Origin: Kiritimatiellia bacterium | GTDB lineage: Bacteria > Verrucomicrobiota > Kiritimatiellia > JAAZAB01 | DNA: 64,000 nucleotides | Reading direction: 5' to 3' | Assembly (NCBI GenBank): GCA_028718125.1 | Contig: JAQUMN010000005.1 | Span: 3,784 to 67,783 of the forward strand | Shown here: in pieces, positions 28,768 to 37,600 of the stretch | How the letters are laid out: every line of letters begins with the position of its first letter | How positions within the stretch are numbered: the stretch's first letter is position 1 | Notes under the pieces: generated by a model | Told to the model about the DNA's origin: nothing | Seen by the model: only the letters and a program-made list of their open reading frames with translations | The model's database searches: none | Made by a program: the position numbers and the translations under genes

Positions 28768-29568
28768 TTATCCAACGTCATCCAGGCGGGACAGGACATC
28801 TTGTTTCAAGAGATCGTATGCCTCCTGATGGGAATACGCAATTCCGTCACGTAATAGGTCGTCGGTATCCTGAAGGAACTCTGGTCTGAGGATCTTGCTC
28901 TCCATGTTCAATAGGTATTCCCTGGCCGTCACTCGCAATCTTAATGCCGACATATACCGGTGGAAGCATTGGATGATGCGCATCGGTTTCGCCTGTCCTT
29001 GCGTCAATCCGAGCCACAAATCGAAAAGGTCCCGTCCTTTCCTGCGCTGATACAAGGCCCGAAGCTTAGTGCCCAGTAATTCTTCCAGCCGGAAGATCGG
29101 GATTTCGCAACGTCCATTGAACCATCGTGATTTCACGCTGAAAGGACATTTTTCCAGACCAAGAACTGAAAAATGCTCTCGCGAATTGATCTCCACTTTC
29201 AAACGTAATGGCGTGATCGGCAGCGATTCGGATTGCATCCTGAAGATCAGGTTGACAACTCCCGGTCCCTGTTTCCGCCGTGGTTTTCCCAAAAACGGCA
29301 TCAAGACTTCGCGAACGGCATCGAAAATCGGTCCGATAGGACCGGGAACCATCTGAACAAGGTCAATATCTTCCGAGTAACGCGCCGGCGGCGAGAGGCG
29401 GATTTTATGCAGAGCCGTACCGCCGCGAAACGCCAGCTGCGCTGATAATACCGGATGGGCAAAAAGATTAACCAGGACACGGCTGATGATCAGGTCCTGC
29501 TCGACCATGTTCTCGTATTTCCACGGCGCAAAGGCCTTCCATTCAGTAATGAACGGAATCGGAATCAC
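28768..29568 (-). CDS. abiEii: AbiEii-family nucleotidyltransferase toxin (DUF1814)
   Basis: RGGTALHKI...YSEDIDL NTase motif (GT..., DID). 266 aa. 4-nt overlap with the upstream antitoxin. Confidence 0.8.
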   Translation of the reverse strand: MIPIPFITEWKAFAPWKYENMVEQDLIISRVLVNLFAHPVLSAQLAFRGGTALHKIRLSPPARYSEDIDLVQMVPGPIGPIFDAVREVLMPFLGKPRRKQGPGVVNLIFRMQSESLPITPLRLKVEINSREHFSVLGLEKCPFSVKSRWFNGRCEIPIFRLEELLGTKLRALYQRRKGRDLFDLWLGLTQGQAKPMRIIQCFHRYMSALRLRVTAREYLLNMESKILRPEFLQDTDDLLRDGIAYSHQEAYDLLKQDVLSRLDDVG

Positions 29569-30383
29569 GTTAAGTCCCCTTCAACATCCGTATTGAGCCA
29601 TACATTCCAGCGTTTATCCCGTTTAGACCCCTTGATCGGCAGTGATGGATGAAGCCGAACTGGTAAAGGCGCTTGTTTTGCCATCCAATCATGAAATTTG
29701 GTCGCTTTGCCTGCGAATTCCGTTTGTTCCAGCAACCACCCGAGCCTTTGCGCACAGGACAGGCAATCATCCGCCTTCGCGGCTTGAACCAGACGGCGGG
29801 GATCGATCTTTTCGTGAAGCTCCTGGAGAACGGTCAACACACGTCCCAGGCCACCAGCCCGGCGATAATAGCGCACCACATCCAGCGCCGTCGCTTCCGG
29901 CGTGGAAACCGGCAGATACCCTACATACCCCTTCATCTGTTCACGCGGCGTTGTTGCGATATTGGTCTTGCGGAAAAAACGGATCGCTATGCCCCGACAT
30001 CGGATATCCCGCATAGGGCGGTCCGTCACAACATGGTATGCTTGAACTTTTTGGTGGGACGCACCGTGGTAAGCGGCGGCGGATAGCACGCCGACATAAA
30101 ACGGGCGTTTTATGTATTTCATCAAATCGTTGATAAACCAGTCCGGTGGCAAGATCCCGGTGGCCCGATGCTCCAACGGTATGATGGCATAAAATCCACG
30201 ATAGATACGGGCCAAGCGCTTTTTCACAACCAACCTGGAAGCAGCACGATCAAAAGCCATCCGACTGAGTTCCAAAGCGGCAAAGGCTTCATCACGGGTA
30301 AACGTATAGAACCCGTGCATCTGCCTGTCATCTATCCATGCGGAAAGCGATAGGTTTGATTGATCCTTGGTATTCATTTTCAA
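29565..30383 (-). CDS. abiEi: AbiEi antitoxin / transcriptional regulator (COG5340-like)
   Basis: 272 aa. N-terminal wHTH (FTRDEAFAALELSRMAFDRAASRLVVKKRLARIYRGFY), a C-terminal domain, and a position directly upstream of abiEii. Confidence 0.75.
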   Translation of the reverse strand: MKMNTKDQSNLSLSAWIDDRQMHGFYTFTRDEAFAALELSRMAFDRAASRLVVKKRLARIYRGFYAIIPLEHRATGILPPDWFINDLMKYIKRPFYVGVLSAAAYHGASHQKVQAYHVVTDRPMRDIRCRGIAIRFFRKTNIATTPREQMKGYVGYLPVSTPEATALDVVRYYRRAGGLGRVLTVLQELHEKIDPRRLVQAAKADDCLSCAQRLGWLLEQTEFAGKATKFHDWMAKQAPLPVRLHPSLPIKGSKRDKRWNVWLNTDVEGDLT

Positions 30384-30487
30384 CCTGTGTTATCTAATGC
30401 ATAGCAAGACATATTTTGTCCGTTTATGCAATAATTATTTCAAGCGGATAAAACAAGATATTCCTTCGTTATTAAGCATTTTTATTC

Positions 30488-30511
30488 GGTTGGGTCTGTT
30501 GGTACTCATTT
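30488..30511. promoter_or_regulatory. conserved 24-bp motif (copy 2)
   Basis: GGTTGGGTCTGTTGGTACTCATTT. Lies 105 bp upstream of the abiEi start on the minus strand. Confidence 0.35.
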
Positions 30512-30583
30512 TGCATGCTCAAGAACACGGGTAAATCAGGTTTGATACCAAGGGACACAAGAAGAATTGGAACTCATCCGCAA

Positions 30584-30997
30584 TTATCGCGGGCATTGTT
30601 GGCGTAGTTGCCGGAATGCGGCGAGTCTGGCAGTGATGCTTTTTCTAGCGAGAAGGCTTCTGAGATTCCGTTCGGAAAAGTGGCGGATGTCTTCCCTGAC
30701 AGTCAAAGAAGTAACATAGGAAAGAATCTCTTTCGGCAGATCGAGGAGATTCATAATCTGCGTCACCCGTGCGCGTGAAACCCCTGTATTTCGAGCTATT
30801 CCAGCCATATTGAGCGTATTGTCGTCGGCTAACATCTGACGCCATGCCAAGGCGAGATGAACCGGATGCTGAGCAGGTTTTGCGGGTGCCACGTCGTGAT
30901 ACATATTGTCGTGTAAGTCATCCCCGTAGCCCTCAGGATATGAAATCGGGTGCACAATGAACGGCTTGGCGCCCCACCTGGAAAAGGGGATGCCCAT
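30584..30997 (-). CDS. ParB-HTH-like small DNA-binding protein (paralog B)
   Basis: MGIPFSRWGAKPFIVHP N-terminus and GIARNTGVSRARVTQIMNLLDLPKEILSYV HTH. About 55% identical to paralog A. The first 80-90 nt, including the 5'UTR, are about 90% identical at DNA level to copy A. Confidence 0.5.
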   Translation of the reverse strand: MGIPFSRWGAKPFIVHPISYPEGYGDDLHDNMYHDVAPAKPAQHPVHLALAWRQMLADDNTLNMAGIARNTGVSRARVTQIMNLLDLPKEILSYVTSLTVREDIRHFSERNLRSLLARKSITARLAAFRQLRQQCPR

Positions 30998-31290
30998 GAC
31001 GATGGAAATGAGGTCAAAGTTCGTATCGGGTAGCGGTCTGCGGAGCCACATTGACCACGGCTATAACCTGTGTTTTCTCTCCGCAGCGGCTTTTATTCCT
31101 TCCTTTCCATCTGGGGAAATCTTCATATTCCCCTTGTTTTTCAAGGAGCTACCATCGCATCCAACCGAGGCTCCAAAATCAATCAGAGCGGCAATTTTTC
31201 CCGGGTTATAGCTGACAATCCTAAAACAAGGTTTTACCGAACAGAGCTCGAACCTGTGGTTGCTGCGTAAGTGCCACGCATATTCGACGC

Positions 31291-31719
31291 TTATATTCCC
31301 TTGATTGCGAATAAGAAGAACGCTGCGATGGCAGCGAGAAGGAGCACCATAAAGATGATGGCCCAGCGACTTTCCTTTTTCTCTGGTTTGTGGTCTTGGA
31401 CGGCTTTGACCGTGATGTCTTCTCTACCCATTTCAACCAGTCGGTACAGTCCCATCCGCCAGACGATAATGATGGCCACAATTGCACCCGTAATGGCTGA
31501 CAAGTGGCCAATGTGAAACTTATAGAAGACTACAATAGCCACGCTGACGGCAATGGGAATTCCGACAATCCAAGCAAGCCAGTTATGACGATAGCGACAT
31601 CCGCAGAGAGGGCAACGGAATGCGCCATTCTCTTTCTTCATATCCATGCGTGCCGTACACCACGGGCAATATCCTATGCTTTGGAATGGCATCTTATTTT
31701 CCTTTTGGCGAACACTCAA
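31291..31719 (-). CDS. membrane protein with N-terminal zinc-ribbon (CxxC x2)
   Basis: CPWC...CPLC, followed by 3 TM helices. Confidence 0.45.
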   Translation of the reverse strand: MSVRQKENKMPFQSIGYCPWCTARMDMKKENGAFRCPLCGCRYRHNWLAWIVGIPIAVSVAIVVFYKFHIGHLSAITGAIVAIIIVWRMGLYRLVEMGREDITVKAVQDHKPEKKESRWAIIFMVLLLAAIAAFFLFAIKGI

Positions 31720-31764
31720 TTCAACGGGGTGGCGATAGTGTTGAACTTGCGGTTCGATAGTTTT

Positions 31765-32145
31765 TTATTTTTTTCTTAATATAACATCGCAGAAGTACGA
31801 AAGGAAACTTTGGTTTGAGTCCATAGGGCAAAAGAATGTCAGAAGAAATGCAATGACCACGAAAGGAATCCAAATAGTCAACATCAATCGTTTAGAAATA
31901 GTCAATGGAACTTTGTACATAACGATAGCAAGAATAATCTGATAAGTGCTTGTACCGATGAGGAGCGGGAACGAAAAAAGGCAAGGGTATGCCGCACCCC
32001 CAAGACCCATAGGGATTCTTAAGACATTCCACGAAAGTCCCAGAAAAAAAATACCCCAGAATAGAATGGCCCACAAATAACAAAGCAATGTGGCAAGCAC
32101 AAACCATTTGAATGCTCGCAATACCATTCTGCTCTGTTCTTTCAT
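31765..32145 (-). CDS. small multi-pass membrane protein
   Basis: 126 aa, 4 hydrophobic helices. AT-rich codon usage unlike its neighbours. Confidence 0.4.
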   Translation of the reverse strand: MKEQSRMVLRAFKWFVLATLLCYLWAILFWGIFFLGLSWNVLRIPMGLGGAAYPCLFSFPLLIGTSTYQIILAIVMYKVPLTISKRLMLTIWIPFVVIAFLLTFFCPMDSNQSFLSYFCDVILRKK

Positions 32146-32223
32146 CTTGTTTTATCGTGCGTTTACGGACCGCGACATGACATGCCGTCAATGCTCTGGT
32201 TCGATGCTTCTCTTTTTCCTTTT

Positions 32224-32601
32224 TTAAGCCAGTAGATTACCCGTACTATAATCGTTTTTTTTGCATTTGTTCCTTGCATTGATTATCATAAGGACGCCAA
32301 CAAAAAGAAATATCGCCGACAACATAAAGTAAAAGATAAATACAATAACACTGCCGCCGCTGAATCGACTTGATGCCAGAAATGTGTAGAAAGACCCAAT
32401 GAGAAATATTATTCCAGCAAATCGTTTCGCAATATTCAACTTTTTGATTATGCCGACAATACACAACATACTAACCACGGCTATTGTAATTGAGATAATC
32501 TTAAGCCGATAAGTATATAGTATGACTTTTAGCACTTGGACAATTGCTATATATGCAAGCAGTATTAAGGCCACAATATTTAGAATTCGCGTCTTTGTCA
32601 T
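32224..32601 (-). CDS. small multi-pass membrane protein
   Basis: 125 aa, 4 hydrophobic helices. AT-rich. Confidence 0.4.
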   Translation of the reverse strand: MTKTRILNIVALILLAYIAIVQVLKVILYTYRLKIISITIAVVSMLCIVGIIKKLNIAKRFAGIIFLIGSFYTFLASSRFSGGSVIVFIFYFMLSAIFLFVGVLMIINARNKCKKNDYSTGNLLA

Positions 32602-32839
32602 TTCTTACCTTCTATGATCGGCAATGAGGTTGAGGGGTACTATGCATCATCTTTTGTTGTTACGAGTGGGGCAAATCAACCCAAACCTGAAATTCAAAGT
32701 GATAATATCGTCTACAATCCGTGCGTTAAAGCACAAAACGGCACAATTTGACCAACTGGAAGGGCGCGGATAATCCATTCCACTGCCATATCTACAAATC
32801 ATTGAACTTGAGCGGCATCTGTCAGGTTATATCCGTGGT

Positions 32840-32854
32840 CTGCCCGAGGAGCCA
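32840..32854 (+). repeat. 15-bp copy of the tRNA-Asn 3' end (att-like direct repeat)
   Basis: CTGCCCGAGGAGCCA, identical to 57222-57236 (the last 15 nt of the tRNA including CCA). A chance 15-mer match in 64 kb is expected about 1e-4 times. Confidence 0.55.
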
Positions 32855-32856
32855 CA

Positions 32857-33004
32857 CAGTAGAACAAAGTTCACTGTGTGGCGGTGCAGTGAAGCGCAGC
32901 TTCTACTGCACTGACCCCCTTGTTTCCCCGCAGTAGAACGGAGTTCACTGCGGGGTGGTGCAGTGAGCCGTAGGCTCTACTGCACTACTCTCCTTGTTTC
33001 TTTT
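32857..33004 (+). repeat. two tandem about 74-bp units, each forming a nested hairpin
   Basis: Each unit has the form CAGTAGAA-n5-TTCACTG-loop10-CAGTGA(A)-n7/9-T(T)CTACTG-CACT...CCTTGTTTC. Both stems are preserved in both units while the loops differ. Confidence 0.6.
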
Positions 33005-33368
33005 CAAAGACGAGAATCAAGGGCTCCGTTTTCCGTTTTGAAACCCCACAGGGAGATGAACTATCGAAAGAACTATTATCGGAATTAGACAACTATTCTT
33101 GTAGTGGGCTAACAGCAATGCGTGGTTACGACACAGCAATGAAAAGCCAAGTCATTTATCTCAGATTGTCAATGGTCATTTTTGAGCAGACACATACCAC
33201 GGCAGGATATGGTCGGCTTGTTTTTTGTTCAATTTAAGGTAGTATGCAACAGTATTTGGATTTCCACCATAAGTGGACAAGCCTGATTTAGGTTGCCAAT
33301 TTGCTTGCCACGTCTGCTGCAAAGTGGCGCTTCGCGAAGTGACGTAGCGGACACAGGAGGCGGCGAGA

Positions 33369-34292
33369 GTGAGTCCCCATATTGCAGGCTTGGTCATTGG
33401 CGGTTTCTTGCCAGCCGTGTTGCTTGGTTTTTTCGGCGTTATGCAAAAGACCTGCATGCGCGCCAGTATCGGCATTGGGCCGTTTTTTGTCGTTGTCGGC
33501 ACCGCGATCGCGGGTTCAGGGCTTGCCTTTCAGATGTGGACCCCGCTCGGAAGATTCTCCCTCACATCCGTCCTGTGTGCCATGGCGGCCGGCGTGGTTT
33601 GGTCTTCGGGAGTCTGTCTGGTCCTGTTGGCCGTCAGTCGTCTGGGTGGCAGTATCAGCCAGTTGGCCCCGCTGTACAATGTGAACACGCTGGTAGCGGT
33701 TGCGCTGGGGTTGCTGATCTTCTCGGAATGGAGACAGGTCCGGCCCGTCTTCCTGGCGATTGGCGCCGTAATGATCGTGGTCGGTTCCGTCTTTGCAGCA
33801 AGAGCGTCAAGGGAGACGGGTGACGAACACTCGGTCGCCGGCCGCACGTCTCCTCGATTACGAAGAGCGCTCATCGTCGGTTGCGGGTTAATGGCGGCGA
33901 TCTGTTATGGATTCAAGAGCCCATTGTTTAAGGCTGGCATGTGCGCGGGCGCAGGCGTTGGTCCGTTCTTTTTTGCCATGGGATTCGCGGTCATCTGTTT
34001 TGGCATCATCGCTATCTTGGTGACGGGAGATCGCCGCATTTCCCATGCCTCCGGCAGTTACGCTTTGTTCTCGGGCTTATTTTTTTCGGCAGGAAACGGT
34101 TTGGTGTTGCTGGCCATCAGCCGATATGGTGCCAACATCAGCCAGTTGGCCCCATTGTATAACATGAACACATTGGTGGTCGTTCTGTTGGGCCTATTGT
34201 TTTATTCGGAATGGAAACAGATCAAACCAGTTTTGCTGATCGCCGGCGCCGTGTTGATCGTTCTTGGCGCTGCAATTGTCGGCAAAGCATGA
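33369..34292 (+). CDS. DMT-superfamily transporter (GlcU/RbsU-like sugar uptake permease)
   Basis: 307 aa, 10 TM. Two internally duplicated halves, each ending ...SQLAPLYN(V/M)NTLV...LLGLL(I/F)(F/Y)SEW(R/K)Q. Confidence 0.65.
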   Translation: MSPHIAGLVIGGFLPAVLLGFFGVMQKTCMRASIGIGPFFVVVGTAIAGSGLAFQMWTPLGRFSLTSVLCAMAAGVVWSSGVCLVLLAVSRLGGSISQLAPLYNVNTLVAVALGLLIFSEWRQVRPVFLAIGAVMIVVGSVFAARASRETGDEHSVAGRTSPRLRRALIVGCGLMAAICYGFKSPLFKAGMCAGAGVGPFFFAMGFAVICFGIIAILVTGDRRISHASGSYALFSGLFFSAGNGLVLLAISRYGANISQLAPLYNMNTLVVVLLGLLFYSEWKQIKPVLLIAGAVLIVLGAAIVGKA

Positions 34293-34620
34293 AATTCAAG
34301 TAACGCGCCAAAACTTGTCAAGCATCCTTCGATGTTGATATACGAAAGGCAACCCGAAAAACACAATGAAAACAACCAAAACAGTTATCGATTTGAGCGC
34401 TTGCGTGGCGGACGTCGTTTTAGCAATTTCGCTTTCCTGTGATGGTTGGTTACAGAAGAACATCTTTGTTCTTTTTGAATCGAAATATTACCTTTGAATT
34501 GACATTGCGCGGCGGGCGCCTCGTGCTCCGTCCCCGCCCCGGTGTGCATCGGGATCTACCCGACGAGCGCGGGTTCCGGGGCTGCGTTGTGAAGATCGCA
34601 ATCGTAGCCGCGGCCTTCCC

Positions 34621-37600
34621 TTACCCGCGTGATCCAGGCACCTTTATTTCGACGGTATGCTCGTGATGGTCGTCAACCAGCGCGATGGCGGCCAAGGGCT
34701 GCTCGTGGCCATCGACGATCATAGCGGGCGGTTGGGCAGCATCCGTCCCGACCCGGTTCACGGAGATGTGATAGAATGTTTCGCGGTAGCGATAATGAAG
34801 TTTGAACGATTCCCAGTCACGCGGCAGCCGCGGGCTCACCCGCAGGTGGTCCATTTCGAGCCGCAGACCGAGCAGCGTTTCGACGATCAGCCGGTACATC
34901 CAGCCCGCCGACCCCGTATACCAGCTCCAACCGCCGCGGCCGGTGTGCGGCGCGACGGCGTAGATATCGGCGGCAACGACATACGGCTCCACTTTATACC
35001 GGTTGACCTGCGAGGGATTCATGGCATGACGGATCGGGTTGAGCAGCTCAAAAAGCTCCCAGGCTCGCTCGATTTCGCCCAGTTCCGCGAATGCCATGAC
35101 CGCCCAGATCGCGCCATGGGTGTATTGGCCGCCGTTCTCGCGCACGCCGGGCGCATAGCCTTTGATGTAGCCGGGTTCAAGCGCGGATTTGTCGAACGGC
35201 GGATCAAAGAGCTGGATTAACTGTGCGTTGCGCCGGACCAGGCGTTGATCCACGCGCTCCATGGCCAGCCGTGCCCGCACCGGATCGGCCGCGCCTGAAA
35301 GCACCGCCCAGCTCTGAGCGATGGAGTCGATCGCGCATTCCTTGTTGGTAGCCGACCCGAGCGGTGTGCCGTCGTCGAAATACGCGCGCCGGTACCAGTC
35401 GCCATCCCACCCATGCTCTTCGATGGCCTGCCGCAACTGCGCGGCCTGCGCGGCGCAGTAGTCGGCAAACTCGGTCTCGCCCCGGCTGCGGGCCAGTTCC
35501 ACGAACTGGTGCAGCACATCGTAGAGTAAAAACGCCAGCCAGACGCTCTCCCCCCGACCTTTTTTGCCGACGAGGTTCATCCCGTCGTTCCAGTCGCCGG
35601 AGCCGATCAAGGGCAGCCCGTGTGCGCCGAATCGGAGGCCGTGTTTGATCGCCCGCACGCAGTGCTCATAGAGCGTGCCGTCTTCCCCCGAGCGTTGCGG
35701 CAGGTCGTAGTAGGCTTCCTCATCGGCATTCACGGGACGGCCTTCCAGGAACGGGACGCGTTCATCGAGCACGCCGGTGTCGCCGGTCGTCTTCACATAT
35801 CGGCAGGTCGCGTAGGGCAGCCAGATAAAATCGTCGGAGCAATGCGTGCGCACGCCCCGGCCGCTGGACGGATGCCACCAGTGCTGGACGTCGCCTTCGC
35901 CGAACTGGCGGCCGGCGCATCGTAACACATGTTCGCGGGCGACCCACGGGGCGGCATGCAGTAACGCGCTCGTGTCCTGAAGCTGGTCGCGGAACCCGTA
36001 GGCGCCGCCGGATTGGTAATACCCGCTGCGTCCCCACGTGCGACCGACCAGCGTCTGATACTCCAGCCAGCCGTTGACCAGCAGGTTCAAGGCGGGATCC
36101 GGCGTCTCGGCGTATACCACGCCCAGGGTCCGCTTCCAGAAGTCCCAGACATTTTCCAGGGCCAGCCGCGCGCTGGCCGGGCCGCTAAACCGCCGGACCA
36201 GCTGATGGGCCTCCTCGACAGAGTTGCCGGCGCCCAGCACAAAGACCAGTTCGCGTTCCTGGCCCCCGTCCAGGTCGAATGTCACCTGCAGCGCCGCGCA
36301 GGGGTCGAAGCTGGCCCCCGTCTGGCCGGACAGCTGCGCTTGGCGCATGGCGGCGGGACTGGCTGGCGTGCCGTTGCGCCCCAGAAACTCCGTGCGGTTG
36401 CCGGTCATCGTCCGCTGGGCGTCGCTGACGTTTACGAAAACCGTCTTGCCGGCGAACTCCCGGTTATACACATTGCGGGCAAAGAGTGCGCCCGTCGTCG
36501 GGTCGATCTCGGTGACGATGTGCATCAAGTTCGAATGCCGCCACTGGCCGAGGACCCATTCCCAGTACCCCGTGGCCGACAGGCGCCGCGTCCGTCCCGA
36601 GCCGTTGCGCACCTTGATCACCGCCAGTTTAACGGGTGCGTCCAGCGCGACGTAGGTCCACAGTTCCGAGCTGATTCCCAGGTGCGTTAACTCAAACACG
36701 CTGTAGCCGAAGCCGTGCCGGCAGATGTAGGTACCGGGAGCGCGCGCGGGCAAGGGAGTCGGCGACCAGAACTGACCGGTTTCCTCGTCGCGGAGATAAA
36801 ACGCCTCCCCGCTGGGGTCCCCCACGGGATCGTTGTGCCATGGGGTCAGGCGGAATTCGTGGGCGTTATCAACCCAGGTGTAGGCCGAGCCGCTTTCGGT
36901 GATCACCGTGCCGATCTGGGGGTTGGCCAGGACGTTGGCCCACGGCGCGGGGGTGGTCTGCCCGGGCGCGAGCGAAATCACATATTCGCGGCCATCGGAC
37001 GTGAAACCGCCCAGGCCGTTGAAAAAGATGCATTCCCGTTTGTTCGGCACGGTTTTTTCCGCCGGCAGCATGGCCCGCGTGGCGATGAAGCGCGGAACCT
37101 TCCGTTCCACCGGTGTCTGCCGCTCCACTTGCTCGGCCAGGGTTTCGGCGCTGTCGGTGAGGATCACGCGCGCGACGGTCTGCAAGAGGACCCGCTCTTC
37201 CTCCGAGAGCTGTTCGCTGCGCCGCAGAAAAATCCCGCCGGGCTTGTCGACGCGTTGCGCTTCCGTGCTGGCGGCGATCAAGCCCAGGATGCGGTCCTGT
37301 AAAACCTGGCGATAGCCGGAAAAATCTTCGTTCAGGATGACCAGGTCCACCGTCAAGCCTTTCTCGCGCCAGTAGGCATGGGCCTGGAGCATCTGTTTGA
37401 CCAGGTCGATCCGATGCACGTCGGCGATGCGCATCAGGACGATCGGCAGGTCGCCCGAGATCCCGAAGGTCCACAAGCCGGACTGGTTGAGCCGGTTCCG
37501 GGTGAGAATGCCGGTGCTGGCGCGGTGGAACGGATTGGCGTGAATGACGGAACTGGCCAGCTGGGCATACACCTGCGCCTCTGCCTCGGTCACCTGCAAC

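Larger units (their letters stand above)
5250..32856. mobile_element. degraded integrative element / defense island (boundaries approximate)
   Basis: Left edge: truncated znuB-like fragment plus integrase remnant. Right edge: 15-bp tRNA-Asn 3'-end copy. The content is ssDNA/anti-restriction genes, TA and several antiviral systems. By eye GC is lower than in the flanks; this was not computed. Confidence 0.45.

Noticed and set aside
32857-33004. Possible CRISPR array
   Set aside because: There are only two repeat units, contiguous with no spacer-like unique inserts of regular length. No cas genes are in the window. The units form hairpins more like REP/att-associated structures.
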